A stretch of 64,000 nt of DNA from NCBI GenBank assembly GCA_964016885.1, contig OZ024746.1, forward strand, positions 29,264,001 to 29,328,000, read 5' to 3'. Positions 13,516 to 27,349 of this stretch are shown piece by piece. Position 1 is the stretch's first letter. Each line of letters opens with the position of its first letter. This DNA comes from Eledone cirrhosa. Its lineage: Eukaryota. Below the pieces are notes generated by a model. The model was given only the letters and a program-made list of their open reading frames with translations. It had not been told where the DNA came from and did no database searches. The position numbers and the translations under genes were made by a program.

Positions 13516-15817
13516 AATATAATTTCAGCGAGATCGTATTTCGGCGGTGGCGAAAAACAAAACGAAACGCAATCTTCGAGAAAGGCGGCAAGCGACTAAA
13601 AGAAGACCAGAGCAATTAACTCACGTTATAGAGGCCAGACAAAATGAAAACAGTGGTCGTGAAGCCATCAGCCACCGGAGCAAAAAAAACGAAGCATGCT
13701 AAACAGGTTAACATATATATATATATATATATATAAGTAAAAATTAGCGAGAATCGAATTTCAGCTCAGGAATTAACGAAAAACACTTCCGAGTTGTGTG
13801 GCAAGTGCTCGATAATTCATATGAATTAGAGCTTACAACTTACGTTAAAGGCCAAACACACTGAGATGGTGGTTAAACTAATGATCCGCACAGCGAAAAA
13901 TCGACCGCCTAATTCGGGTCAAACAGATATATAAATATAAAAATATATAAAAATATATATGGTTGAAAATTTACCCGGACCCCTGGAGAGATGGTAAAAT
14001 CCAGTATTTGGGTTTCTGCGGCTCCATAAGTCATTTACTGTCCACTTACATAAAGGATGTTAGGCTTCTGGTATTATGACCGAACTGGGAGTACGCGTTG
14101 TCAACGGGATTCAGTTCGAATGTCCACATAAATGTGTCTGTAACTGACCCCACGTGGGGTTCAGCAAGGGAGGCAACACCTATATTAGGCGAATGAATTC
14201 AGTTGTGTATAATATTGCGAAAATGCAAAATATCACAAATCGAATAAAGCTCTCGACAGAGTGGTTAAATATAACAAAGCTATTCAACAGTCAATAGAAT
14301 AAACAAAAAAAAAAACAATCGATAAAATTAACTGGCCAATAGCTGGACTCTGGAGATTAATACAAGTAAAAAAAAATATATATATATATATATGTGTGTG
14401 TGTACGTTGTTGTTGTTTAGCCACAGGTCACCTTCCCTCAAGCAGACCAATGATCATAGCGTTCTAGCCACGACCATCCAATCATATATTTAGATAAGAC
14501 TTCATTTTCCAATTTTTCCTTCCTTCTTTTAAGGCTCCTTCATGTTGTTGTTGTTGCTGTTGTTGCTGTTGTTTGACCTGCGTCGTTGTCGACAAAGAGT
14601 GTTCCAGTTGTTACTTCAACCGAACATCCTACTCGTTAAAGTCAGGTACAAATGGCTGTGCATTCCACAGACACGTGCATTCCCAGGATCACGTGATTGC
14701 GAAGGTAATTGCTTTTAACCACGTGATTTTTGCCTCCGTCCTTTGGGTATACAATGCTCTCATCTAAGCTGCACCAATATCGATAAGAAATATTCACATT
14801 CGGATACTGATTACACAAGCACCAGCACTAGCAACCCTAGCAAAAACAACAAGCTTTGTGAATGAAATTTGGTAGGCGGAAACTGTTTAGAAGTCCGCTG
14901 GATGAATTGAAATGTCCCGTCATGTCATATATTGTGACACACTGATTCGGCTTATTAATTACACAAACTGTATAGGTGTCTGTAGTATACTCAGCCAACT
15001 AGCCCGTTAATTTAACGAGACAGACGTCAAATCAATTAAACAAATTAATGTTCACCGTCGAAACTGACAGAGATCCCATCATCATCATAGTATTATGTAA
15101 TGGTGGATTGCCCCCCCCCCCACACTCTCAAATGGCATAAGGGAATGGTTAGGTGTTGATCTGTGTCTACAATCTATAAAGAGATTTTGAACGGCACCAC
15201 CATTTTGATAACGGAGTAACTTCTGTAGTGTCGTATTTTTCACGCCACCGTCCAACTGAATTAGCAAAATGGTTTGTGATGAAATTAATTAAATGAAGTA
15301 AATAATTGTAATATTAGACTATTTTACTGCCTTAGTCTGTTATTAACAGCCAAATCTAACTGAATTTCTAATAATACAATTATTGTAGAAGGCAAGGGCG
15401 AGGGCGTTGACTGCACATCAAGAAGTTAACTACTGTCTAATTTGATATAGTTAATGAGGAAATTAGGGCCGTCAAACAAATAGTTAGTAATTAGCTTTAA
15501 TTTGAGTTAATTAATAATCTTTGGAATGTTTTAAAGAGTTATTTCGTCTCTTTTGTATAAAACTCTAAGCTGCAGATGTGAATAAATATTTTATTTTATT
15601 TCATTCAATTATATATACACATAGGAATGGTTGTCGTGACACTGGGTTAATATAGACTGCAGGGCATGGAGGAGGCAATAGTTGTTGTTGTGACACTGAC
15701 TTAATAGTTGTTGTTGTCGTGTCACAGGTAATCTAGACTGCAGGGCATATTTGAGGCAATGCGCTAATAACAGTAACCATGCATTTCCCAGCAGCATTAA
15801 TGATGCAACTTACAAGG

Positions 15818-16030
15818 GCAGTGGATTGGCAGTATCGGTAGCGGGCGGACGCCATGCTTTGCAGCATAGAGTTATGGCCCTTTATGATCTGAGTTCAAAT
15901 CCCGCCGAGGTTAACTTTGCCTTTCATCCTTACGGGGTCGATAAAATAAAATACCAGTCACACACTGGGGTCGATTCAATCGAATTTCTCCTCCCCCCCA
16001 AATTGCTGGCCTTGTGCCTATATAAGCAAC
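15818..16030 (+). mobile_element. tRNA-headed SINE with Meta/MESC-like core
   Basis: A box tggcagtatcgg, B box gagttcaaatc, core gcctttcatccttacggggtcgataaaataaa. 12-bp TSD tgatgcaactta. Confidence 0.85.
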
Positions 16031-16059
16031 CATTTTGATGCAACTTATGGATGCTGACA

Positions 16060-16370
16060 TGATTGAGTAGTTAAGAAGTTAGCTACACAATCACGAGGTG
16101 CAAGTTTCGAACTCTTTGCATAGCATCTTGAATAAATCTTTTGAGTGAAATTGGGTAGGCAGAAACTATGTGGAAGCCCGTCGGAAGGATTGTACATGTA
16201 ATTCAATTGCTCAGCCTTGTCACATATTGTGTTACGCTGATTCTGCTCGAGAAGTGAGTTAAGATTACGCATATCTGTGGAATACTCAGCCACTTACATC
16301 TTAATTCACGAGTCTGACATTCAGTTGATAGAGGCACTGAAATTCATCATTGCAACCGACGGAGCATCGA
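16060..16370 (+). mobile_element. Older second SINE-like family; relatives at about 9290-9700, 14855-15080, 16860-17360, 30930-31130, 31490-32060 and 51670-51790
   Basis: Shared motifs gtgaaattgggtaggcagaaact..gaagcccgtcgg and ttgtcacatattgtg..acgctgaatctccctgag..ttaagggcacac..tgtggaatactcagc, on both strands. Confidence 0.65.
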
Positions 16371-17394
16371 ACAGTTCCTATACCCCCCCCCTTTATCCTT
16401 GCTCGCACACACAAACACACGCATATACACACATAACTCCAGCCACCACACAATACATACCCACATACACACCCACATTTTTTTAATACCCCGAGAATTT
16501 CGTTATAACGGAATTTCACTGTATATATACATATTTAATTGTCTCCTTTATTATGTTAAACGCCACGACTCGGTGTCCAATTATATCGTAAATACATTAT
16601 TTAAATTAAAATTAATTGTTTGAATAAATTTATAATGAAATTTTTATAGAGTGTAATTAGAGAATCATTATCATTTTATCCCAATAAAAGCTATAATTGA
16701 ATCGAATGTGAAAAACAAGCGCCCTGAATTAATTCACTGTATAGAAATAGTTAGAATTAAATTGAGTAAATTAATAATAAAATGCTAAATAATGGTTTTT
16801 ACATAAGGCACATGGGCGGCATTTTAAAACAAGAATGATTAAAGTGGTTGTGAGAAGTCGAATGAGACTCCACCAGTTTCGACGAGGTGTGTTCCGTTTG
16901 TTCTATCAACAGACTAGCCTACTGATTGGGATTCAACATGACTCTGTGTGACTGGGCTGGTCTATTAAATTTTTGGTACAGGCCATCTTTTTTCAAGGGC
17001 TGAGCATTATAAGGCACGTGTTCCGTTAACGTAATTCCCAGGGAGATTCAGCAGATACCGTGTGTGACAAGACTGGTTCTTTAACTTTCTGGTACAGCCT
17101 ATCTTTTATCATAGTGTAATAAGCTGAACAATCCAGAGACATGTGTGCCCTTAACATAATCCTCAGGGAGATTCAGCTTGATACAATGTGACAAGACTGG
17201 TCCTTGCAGTTGATTGAACATTCCACAGATATGAGTGCCCTTAACATAATTCTCAGGGAGATTCAGTATTAAACAATATGTGACTATGCTACCCCTATAA
17301 ACTACAGGTGCAGTCCAATCGGCAGTCTTCCAAATACTTTCTATCTGCTGAATTTCATTTACTAAAATATAGAAAGGTCCGACGTTATGGTAAA

Positions 17395-17577
17395 TAACTG
17401 TTTCTACTTTAGGCACAAGGCCAGCAATTATACAGTGCATTACTGGTACTTTATTTTATCGACCCCGTAAGGATGAAAGGCAAAGTCAACCTCGGCGGGA
17501 TTTGAACTCAGATCGTAAAGGGACGTAACTATGCTGGAAAGCATGGCGTCCGACCCTCTACCGATACTGCCAATCCA
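17395..17577 (-). mobile_element. Same SINE family; other minus copies at about 10150-10285, 24665-24930, 25875-26075, 29085-29245 and 45210-45310
   Basis: Reverse complement of the same A box, B box and core. Confidence 0.85.
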
Positions 17578-17599
17578 ATAACACTTGCTGAATATTCCA

Positions 17600-18090
17600 C
17601 GCAGTGGAATCGAGCCTGGTAACTAATATTTGCGAAGCAAACTCCTTAACCATCCGGCCATGCTGGAGAGATTTACAGCATTTACTCTCTCCCAGTCTTC
17701 TTCGGTGCTAGGTCGCTGATGTGTCAAAAGTTGATGAGGTAGTCTTCCGGTGTTCGTCCTGCAGGCGTGACCAAAACACTGTAGACTGCGTTGGTTTACA
17801 ATAGTCGGCTGCTGCTGGCATTGTTCTCGGATGTTATTGTTTGAGATTTGGTCGCGTAGAGAGACACCAAGGATCTGACGAAGAGATCGCATTTGAAAAC
17901 AAATCGAGGAGGACCTGAAATCGCAGTGCCTCGACCTCGACTATGCTAAGGTCAGCGCCATGGATGAAAAAGCGTAGAAGAACATCATCATCGGAATCCA
18001 TCATCCAGTGGGACCCACAACAGCGTATTGGTTGAGGGGACAGCCTCCCCTAATCGCCAGCTAGGGTTCGAAGAAGAAGGCTCTCTCCCA
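17600..18090 (-). mobile_element. RTE-like LINE fragment (RT C-terminus plus GC-richer upstream segment)
   Basis: MRSLRQILGVSLRDQISN...CFGHACRTNTGRLPHQLL. Confidence 0.65.
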
Positions 18091-18171
18091 GTTTTATTCA
18101 CCGAGAGTATTAAATTGTTAGTATGTTCCTTTCACCTTCATACGCTGTTATAATGTTTGATTGATGTAGAG

Positions 18172-18469
18172 CAGTTATTCCCAACGTGTGGTGCTCGCCC
18201 CACAGGGGAGCAATTTGAAAATGATGTTAATGAGAGCAAACTTCAGGTTTTATTTTATTACTTTTACACCAAGGTAACTTTGGAAGAAATTACTGTCGGA
18301 AACTCCTGTCTCACCTCCTCCACACATGTTATTGTACATCTGGCATCACCCATACACCAATTTGTTTACACTTTGTAGTTGATCATCACTGTTTTTATAT
18401 CACAGTGAGGCATAAAAATGTTTGCGATGTTGAGGTGGGGCATAGGGCACAAGAGGGTGGAAACCACTG
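18172..18469. mobile_element. hAT (Charlie-like) MITE
   Basis: Ends cagttattcccaac / gtggaaaccactg with an imperfect 8-bp TSD atgtagag / gtctagag. Confidence 0.6.
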
Positions 18470-19409
18470 GTCTAGAGTAATCCTTCTCAAACATTTTTAA
18501 AAAGAAAATGTTCGCGACCCGTGCTCCATTTCCTTTGGTTTCGTAAAATAAATTTGTTGTGTCATTATTTTACTATCACAAAATATTTTGAGATGGTTAT
18601 TATTACATTTTAAATTGGTACAATAGCAAAGTTATATTTTTGCAAGAAACATTGCAATAACCAGCAAAACGATGACCCTAAGCTAGAATATAAAATACAA
18701 AACACAATTTCTTAATTTCACTGGTGACCCTCAACTTCTCAATTTCTACGTGATACTCTCAAAGGCGTCGCAACCCACACTTGTAAACGTCTGGCGTAAG
18801 ACAAAGCAAATTAGTACAAGCAAGTAATAAAAAAAAGATGTTTTATTGATTCAAAATTTCTTTGTATATATTTACAAACAAATAGAAAAACACTAAACAA
18901 AAAATAAGTCTAAAGAAAAGAGTGATGGAGAAAGGACAAAGTCTATACAATTGGTACTGTCTCTGTCTTTTTACTTTTTTTTTTTTTACCATTTTAGTCA
19001 CCGAGTTTTAAATCGTTATAAAACCGTCTTTTTCTTTCATCCGTCCCCATAATTATTTGGCTGTCGATTCCATCAAATTTACAGCTCCCCGCGCTACGAA
19101 TAACTGGCCTGCTGCCAAAATTAAATCAACAACAGCAACAACAAAAGCTTCTTAATTATATGATTGTTGTTGTTGTAATATGCTTTAGGTGGTTAGAGCA
19201 ACAAAACGTTCATTGTGTATTTGTTGGATTAATTGAGGAAATGAATAAGCAGAATTAGCCATAATTTTTTTAGCAAGTTAACGAGATGTAATATAACTCG
19301 ATTACTTCATAAAGGAATATAACATAAATTGATAGGTTAGGATTTCACCATTAAGATAATCTACTTGGAAATGTCACATATAATGGGTCTTAGGATATGA
19401 ATGGTGCCG

Positions 19410-20035
19410 CTGGTGGTGGTGGTAGTGGTGGTGATGTTGGTGGTGGTGGTATTAGTGGTAGTAGTGATGCCAATGGTGGTGGTGATGTTGGTGGTGGTGG
19501 TAGTGATCGTGGTGGTGGTGGTGATGGTGGTGGTTTTGGTGGAAGTGGTGGTGTTGGTATTTGTGGTGGTGGTGGTGGTGGTAGTGGTGGTTATGTTGGT
19601 GGTGGTGGTATTAGTGGTAGTAGTGATGCCAATGGTGGTGGTGATGTTGGTGGTGGTGGTAGTGATCGTGGTGGTGGTGGTGATGGTGGTGGTATTGGTG
19701 GAAGTGGTGGTGTTGGTATTTGTGGTGGTGGTGGTGGTGGTGGTAGTGGTGGTTATGTTGGTGGTGGTGGTATTAGTGGTGGTGGTAGTGGTGTTGGTAG
19801 TGGTTGTGGTGGTGTGGTAGTGGTGGTGATGGCGGTGTGGTAGTGGTGGTGATGGTGGTGGTGGTGGTGTTGGTGGTGATGGTAGTGGTGGTGATGTTGG
19901 TGGTGGTTGTGGTGGTGTTGGTAGTGGTGTTGGTGGTAGTAGCAGTGGTGGTGGTGGTAGTGGTGGCACTGGTGGTGATGGTGGGGTTATTAGTATTAGT
20001 GTTAATAACGCTACTGTTGCTGCTACTACTACTAT

Positions 20036-20103
<68 letters not shown>

Positions 20104-20110
20104 TTACTAC
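19410..20110. repeat. (GGT)n-derived low-complexity tract with an internal duplication, followed by (CTA)n
   Basis: Visible trinucleotide structure; the block starting ggtattagtggtagtagtgatgccaatgg is repeated. Confidence 0.9.
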
Positions 20111-20280
20111 TGGTTTCTTATTTAAGTGTAGTCTTTTTTGTATGTAGGAGGGGGCCAATGGAATCGACTCCAATATTTTATTTTTTTATTTTATCGACCT
20201 GAGAATCATGAAAGACAAAATTAACCCTAACCGTCTCTCTCTCTCTCTCTCTTTCTCTCGCTCCCCCTCTCTGTATATAT

Positions 20281-20333
<53 letters not shown>

Positions 20334-20861
20334 CGTTTTGGAAGCCTCAACAATGCTGATGGGTAAATATCTCCGGGTATCAAAATCAGGTGGTATTGAG
20401 ATGTAAGAGGAAGCGTAGAAAGACACACACACACACACACACATACACACACACACACATGTGTGTGTGTGTAACTATTTGTCTGTCTCTCCCTCTGTAT
20501 ATATATATATATATATATATATTAAAATAACAGATTAAAGTTTAAGCAAAGAATCACCCTTATATATATATATAAGCAGATGGGATATTCAATTTGTTGG
20601 TAATTACCTAAACCTCATTTGCATACTCATCTTAATAATTTGAAATATCTGACTTTTCTTCTATTTTCCCTTCAGTGGTGTACATGCCTTTCCCAGTGGT
20701 ATCAGCAACGTTAACGAAGCGTTTTAAACACTTGGATCATCAAACTAGCTAACGTCTACCTAAGAATATAATAACATTTCACCTATTAACTACAAATACC
20801 ATACATCATTGACTGAGTCATTAACTTATGACATATACTCTCTCACAGATTCCATTGACTG

Positions 20862-21413
20862 ATCATTAACTTATGCTATCTTACTGCTATCATAGTCCGA
20901 GTCATTAACTTATGCTATCTTACTGCTATCATAGTCCGAGTCATTAACTTATGCTATCTTACTGCTATCATAGTCCGAGTCATTAACTTATGCTATCTTA
21001 CTGCTATCATAGTCCGAGTCATTAACTTATGCTATCTTACTTCTATCATAGTCCGAGTCATTAACTTATGCTATCTTACTGCTATCATAGTCCGAGTCAT
21101 TAACTTATGCTATCTTACTTCTATCATAGTCCGAGTCATTAACTTATGCTATCTTACTGCTATCATAGTCCGAGTCATTAACTTATGCTATCTTACTGCT
21201 ATCATAGTCCGAGTCATTAACTTATGCTATCTTACTGCTATCATAGTCCGAGTCATTAACTTATGCTATCTTACTGCTATCATAGTCCGAGTCATTAACT
21301 TATGCTATCTTACTGCTATCATAGTCCGAGTCATTAACTTATGCTATCTTACTGCTATCATAGTCCGAGTCATTAACTTATGCTATCTTACTGCTATCAT
21401 AGTCCGATCATAG
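20862..21413. repeat. 39-bp minisatellite, about 14 near-identical copies
   Basis: Unit catagtccgagtcattaacttatgctatcttactgctat. Confidence 0.95.
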
Positions 21414-21693
21414 TTGGATACAACTCAGATTACATTTATTGTATTCAGCCATGTAGAGCGAACATTTTCTTTTTTATTTGAATTTGGTAAAGCCGGCCAT
21501 TTATCGCTCGTATACAGGAAACTGACCGGCCAGTCTGCTGATATGCAAATCTGGCTGATCAGTGGATCTGTTAATGCAAATCTGACTGATCAGCCAGTCT
21601 GCTAATATGCAAATCAGGCCGATCAGTCACTGTGTATTTTTGAAAATAGCATATATTTTCACTAGCTCTGACAGTTTGGCAGGTGAACAGTGA

Positions 21694-21739
21694 GCTGTAC
21701 TGATGAAGGGTGAAACCCAGAAACATTAGTGTCTGCAGT
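21694..21739 (+). ncRNA. Type I hammerhead ribozyme
   Basis: gctgta-CTGATGA-a ggg tgaaa ccc a-GAAA-ca ttag tg-TC-tgcagt. GUC triplet at 21731-21733. Confidence 0.8.
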
Positions 21740-21905
21740 TCTGTTCGCATGCCAAGACAAGAGCAAGAATGAAGGGTTCATTCTACTGACATGGCTATAA
21801 AATTGAGGATTGTTTGCATAATTGCAAACGAATCGAATGTTATTATTAATATTTGAAAAACTCAGATTACATTTATTGTATTCACCCATGTAGAGCGAAC
21901 ATTTT

Positions 21906-21946
<41 letters not shown>

Positions 21947-22684
21947 GAAAGGTATAGAAAGTATTGTAGCAAGAAGCCAACAGTATTCCTTAATATATAA
22001 GTGACTATAGAGTCAAAATGGGAAAATAGTTAACGTAAGATGTGGGAAAAATATTTCAAACTCAATTCAAAAAGAATCAGGATATAGATTTATCCAATAG
22101 AATTTAGTGAAATCCAGGGAAAAATCAATAGAGCCTTAACTCATGATAAAATAAAGTTTAAAATACTCATCCTCCAATTTGGGACAACTATAAATGCTCT
22201 GTATAGTCTTGAAAAAGAGTATTTCCCTAAACTTTCAGTGGAGATGGTCACGGTTAGAATACGATCCTCAGCAGAGCTCAACACGATAGCCAGATTCTCA
22301 CTGATTAATATGCCAAAAAGGGAATTTAAAAGCAGGCTAGTTTACCATCATGCGTGATTATGAAAATAAAACGCACATGTGGAAAAACAGGGCTGGTGGC
22401 GTCAGAATGAGACGAATGTTTGTTTACAAATATATGTTTATATATATATAGTGATAGAACACTGGAAGGTAATATCCGTAGTTGTAGAGCACTCAGTCCA
22501 TGGGACGAGTTAGGTAGAAGTGGTTACACAACAGTTAGTTCACCATACCGAGAACAATTGTTTCACCTTAGCAATTCCCCAGCTCGTAATGGACATGGTT
22601 ATATATAGTTGAAATGACAAACAGAACACAGGTGGCAATTGTACACAGTTATACTAGGTTCGCGCTTGGTGGAAGTGGATGAGG

Positions 22685-22808
<124 letters not shown>

Positions 22809-23096
22809 ATATATATAATAGTGAGAGAAAGAAAGAAAGAGATAACAAAGACGCTATTATTAATAAACCGTCAAAATTGACTGAACTCCATTGTAGTAAA
22901 TGTCATGTTAATAATTTAAAAACAATTAACAATTATTGAATTAATTTGATAAGACTCGAAAGAAACAAGTATAAACGATTATATCAACTTCAGTATATTA
23001 TTGGTATATACATCTAATGTATGTTTAATGAATATTAGTGGCAACATAAAAAGAATATAACAAAAACATCACCCTCAGGGATGCATTTTTTGCTAG

Positions 23097-23187
<91 letters not shown>

Positions 23188-23276
23188 ATGTAAAAGGTAA
23201 ACAGAAATAACAACACAATCGGTACAGTATACGGAAGGGATATATTAGATTAACGCTTGATATAGCAGGAAGAGGG

Positions 23277-23320
23277 TCTTAACTTTTCAACTTTTCGGGC
23301 GCTAGTCCTTCATCAGAAGA
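23277..23320 (-). ncRNA. Minimal hammerhead; family copies at 50203-50238 (-) and 40881-40900 (+, partial)
   Basis: Consensus of the copies is tctt-CTGATGA-a ggac taga gtcc-GAAA-cg-TT-aaga. Each individual copy has lesions. Confidence 0.65.
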
Positions 23321-24048
23321 AAGAATGAGAAATAAGATAGATTGAGGGGACGGGTGGGTTGGAAGTGGAAAAATTGTCTTTAGATAAAAATAACAGCTCC
23401 AAAAGGTAAACAGAAATAACAACACAATCAGTACAGTATATGGAAGGAATATTATATATATTTGCGTGTAGCCGCGTGTTTCTATGTGTTTTGTGTTTGT
23501 ACAAAACAAAAAAAGAAACAACCCCTCTCCTAAAAAAAAATGGATAGAATGATCTTGGTAATCTTAGCGGTTCGATAAAGAGTGACCGACAAAATCGATG
23601 ATATACGTACTAGACTGATGATAATTGACAAAGAATCTTTTATCTACCAGCATAAGACATGCAAATTAGTATCCCCATTTCACTGTCGCTACTACATTTA
23701 TTAGGTTTATTGAAGCCGTTAGTTGCATAGTTGTCCGTGATTGATCAATTATGTGGACACCATCTGATGGGATCAAAATAAGGATAAAAAATCGATTAAG
23801 GATGGTCATAACGTTTTCCAATATATTTTTAGATTGACATTCACCCAAATACAGTAAATCATGTAGTGCATTTATTATATATTTCGCCTGCTTAGTTCAC
23901 AACTTAATATATTTACTCCGACACACACACACATATATATATATGGTAAAATCCCCACAGTGTGCCCAGCCGTTTTAACTTCAGCTCCACAAGTTATTTT
24001 CAAGGAGTACTATCGGGATTTGCAGTCTTCCCTGTCCACTTCACCGTG

Positions 24049-24116
<68 letters not shown>

Positions 24117-24961
24117 TATATATCTATATATATGGTCGCTGCAACTCGATCTCGAGTTATACCATCGCTTGATACTTAAGCATGAGTATCACAGACGTGG
24201 CTTTTTAGTCCTGCTAGAGACTTGCCTATGCCGGTAATACTATAGATCGCAAAAAATTCCACACATCAAGTGATGCCTGTGTTTGAAGCTTTTTTAAGTG
24301 AGGAAAGGCTTTGCACGGTGCCAATCCCACTCTCAGAACATCGAACGCATTTGCCCAAAAGAAGAACTGGTCTAAATCATTGGATGCAAACGATGCCGCA
24401 GGTTTTATATTGGTGTTCAGTTATGACAATCTACAGTCTTTGTTAGACACGAATGATTTAGAGCAATGTGAAATGAAGTGTCTTGCCGAAGGAGCCAATG
24501 CGATACCCGTTGTTTACGATCCTGAGCTTAACAGCCTAACCACTATACTGCACGACCCCTTGTGGAGAATAAATAGAAAGAGAAAAGTTATGAAAAATTT
24601 ACAATTAGACATGAGCCATTTTACATATGAAGATCATTAAGAGCTGAGAAATAATGTAATTAATTAATTGTTTCTACGTTAGGCACAATGCCAGTTATTT
24701 GAAGGGTAGAGGAAAGTCGATTAAATCGGCCCCAGTGCATTACTGGTGCTTTATTTTATCGAACTTGTAATTATGTAATTAATTAATTGTTTCTACTTTT
24801 GGCACAAGGCCAGCAATTATTCCAGTGTATTACTGGAACTTTATTTTATCGACCTCGTAAGGATGAAAGGCAAAGTTAACCTCGGCGGGATTTGAACTCA
24901 GACCATAAAGAGCCGTAACTCTTTGCTGCAAATTATGTAATTAATTGTTTCTTTCTTTATT

Positions 24962-25000
<39 letters not shown>

Positions 25001-25047
25001 GTTAATGAAATGCAATCATACACACAAACACATACACAAACGTAATC

Positions 25048-25107
<60 letters not shown>

Positions 25108-26549
25108 CCATAGATGTGTGTGTGTGTGTGTGTGTGTGAAAGTAGCTCCGGATCGAATATTTATTTCCTAAATATGCCTAATAAACATACATATAACGAC
25201 TGAAACATGTTTTATATCCGTTCATATCCACCTTTATTCTGAATCACGCTGTGTTAGTGCCATCACTAATCAAAATATCACTGAACTGTAAACTTTTGTT
25301 GTTGTTTAGCCCCTGGTCAGACTTCATGTGGGAGAAGTATGGTCAAAGGTGTTCCAGCTTTGTAAATGTATGTATGTATGAGTTTATATAAGTTTGTATG
25401 TATGTACGTGTGTATGTATATTTATGCATGTATTTATGTGTGCCCGTGCGTATGTATAAATGAGCCTATGTGTATGCCTGGATGTATCTATGTGTTTATG
25501 TATGTATATGCTTATATATGTATATATGTATATGCTTATATATGTATGTATGTATATGCTTATATATGTATATATGTATATGCTTATATATGTATGTATG
25601 TATATACTTATATATGTATGTATGTATATGCTTATATATGTACATGTATATATGTACATGTATATATGTGTATATATGTATATGTGTGAATGTATGTATG
25701 CATATATATATATATAATGTCCCCAAAGTAATAATACCTCTCCCCATAAATTAAAACCTACCGTATTTCTCACGTTTCTGTATCACAACAAATTACATCT
25801 CACCTCTAGCCAACAGGTCATTAGTAAATATTATGTAAATATATTATAACAAAATATAATGTAATATAATATATGTTTTCTGATTTAGGCATAAGACCAA
25901 CAGTTTTGGGGGAGGGGAATGTAGATTAACTCAACCCCAATGCGTTACTGGGACTTTATTTTATCGACCCCGTGAGGATGAAATGCAAAGCAATCCTCGA
26001 CGGGATTTGAAATCAATAAGTAAAGGGGCGTAACTATATGCTACAAAGCAGGTTGTCCGACGCTCTGACGATATCAATATGCGATATAATGTAATATAAT
26101 ATCATATAATGATCGTTATTAGCTGCAGTAACATCAACTAGTTATTAACAAGGCATACTAACTATATAGTAATTATAATAAATTTATATTTGTATAAATA
26201 CACTACAGATTTAATAGAGACTGTAAATGTGTATATAAATCTATACCATGAGAATATACCCTAAAACTCAGTGTGGTATATATTCTCAATGTGTAAATTT
26301 ATATACACATTTACATTTAACTATCTAAGGTGATGTTCACAAGTTATGGAAGGCAAGGAGCTGAATTAAGTGCATGAATTGCAGGAACTTGTTCAGAAAT
26401 GCACCAGCTTCAGCACTCGGTCATCAGAATAAGGGAGGTAAGTGTAAAAACCAAACTTGCTATCTTCAATTCGATATTCGTGTGAACCCTTACCCTTTGT
26501 CATGAATCTTGGGTAATGACCGAAAGAATACGATCACAAATACAAGCGG

Positions 26550-26830
26550 CCGCACTGGATCCACAGACTAACGCTTCTGGATAGAGTGCATAGCTTGGAG
26601 ATCAGAGTGCACTCCAGGTTGAGCCTCTATCTCTCCGAATTGAGAGATCACAGACATATGGTTAGAATGTCTCAAGATGTTTGGATAGTATCCATGAGTT
26701 TGTCTGGTCACGCTTGGGGATCCAGCCGGATCAGTTGGAGACGGTAGCTTCTGGCAGGACTCTTTGCAAGGCGTGCTTGAGGTCTCTGTCCCGCGACCCC
26801 TCCTCCAGGAATAAATGGGTGAAAGAGAAA
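26550..26830 (+). mobile_element. LINE 3'-end fragment; related copy at 46870-47045 (-) with a (GAA)n tail
   Basis: Shared ttggggatccagc(c/t)ggatca...aaggcgtgcttgagg. Confidence 0.5.
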
Positions 26831-27137
26831 AATAAGACCAACAAGCATATACATATTTAAGCGTCAAATATTTATGTACTTTCCTACAAATTGAAGAAAA
26901 CTGTTATCTTGAATCTATTTTCCAACCTTTTTGACTTCTCATCTTATCAGTGTACTGTATTGTTTGCTTTATTGTTTCCGTTTACTTTTCGCACATATAT
27001 CTACATATATTCTTCATTGTGATCCTGTCTCTAGTTTGGACTCTTGAAGAAGGGCTTAAGCCTGACACGTCGAACTTTATTTCCTCTTTCCAATATAAAG
27101 TAATAAGACTGTTGCACCTCTTTTTGTTGCCTCCTTG

Positions 27138-27185
<48 letters not shown>

Positions 27186-27349
27186 ATGCTTATGTTGACA
27201 TCCCACATTGGTTCTCCATCCTGGAACTGGACATTATTCGGACTCTACCCAAACTTCTACATGGGTATCTTTTCAGATCACTGGGAATTTTTCATCGCAT
27301 TAAACCAATATACCACGATGCACCACTGCTTTTCTTTCACTATTCTATT

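Noticed and set aside
14135-14206. HDV-like ribozyme (aactga...ccccacgtgggg...ggcaac...ggcgaatg..tcagtt)
   Set aside because: P2 and J4/2-like pieces are present, but I could not build P1 or a proper P3/L3. A simple hairpin explains the centre.
15818-15910. tRNA gene
   Set aside because: The A and B boxes belong to the SINE head, and no cloverleaf forms.
20675-20727. Plus-strand terminal exon (ttcccttcag|..GVHAFPSGISNVNEAF*)
   Set aside because: A good acceptor only, with no upstream partner or homology evidence.
20862-21413. 39-bp array as CRISPR
   Set aside because: Units are contiguous with no unique spacers, there are no cas genes, and the context is eukaryotic.
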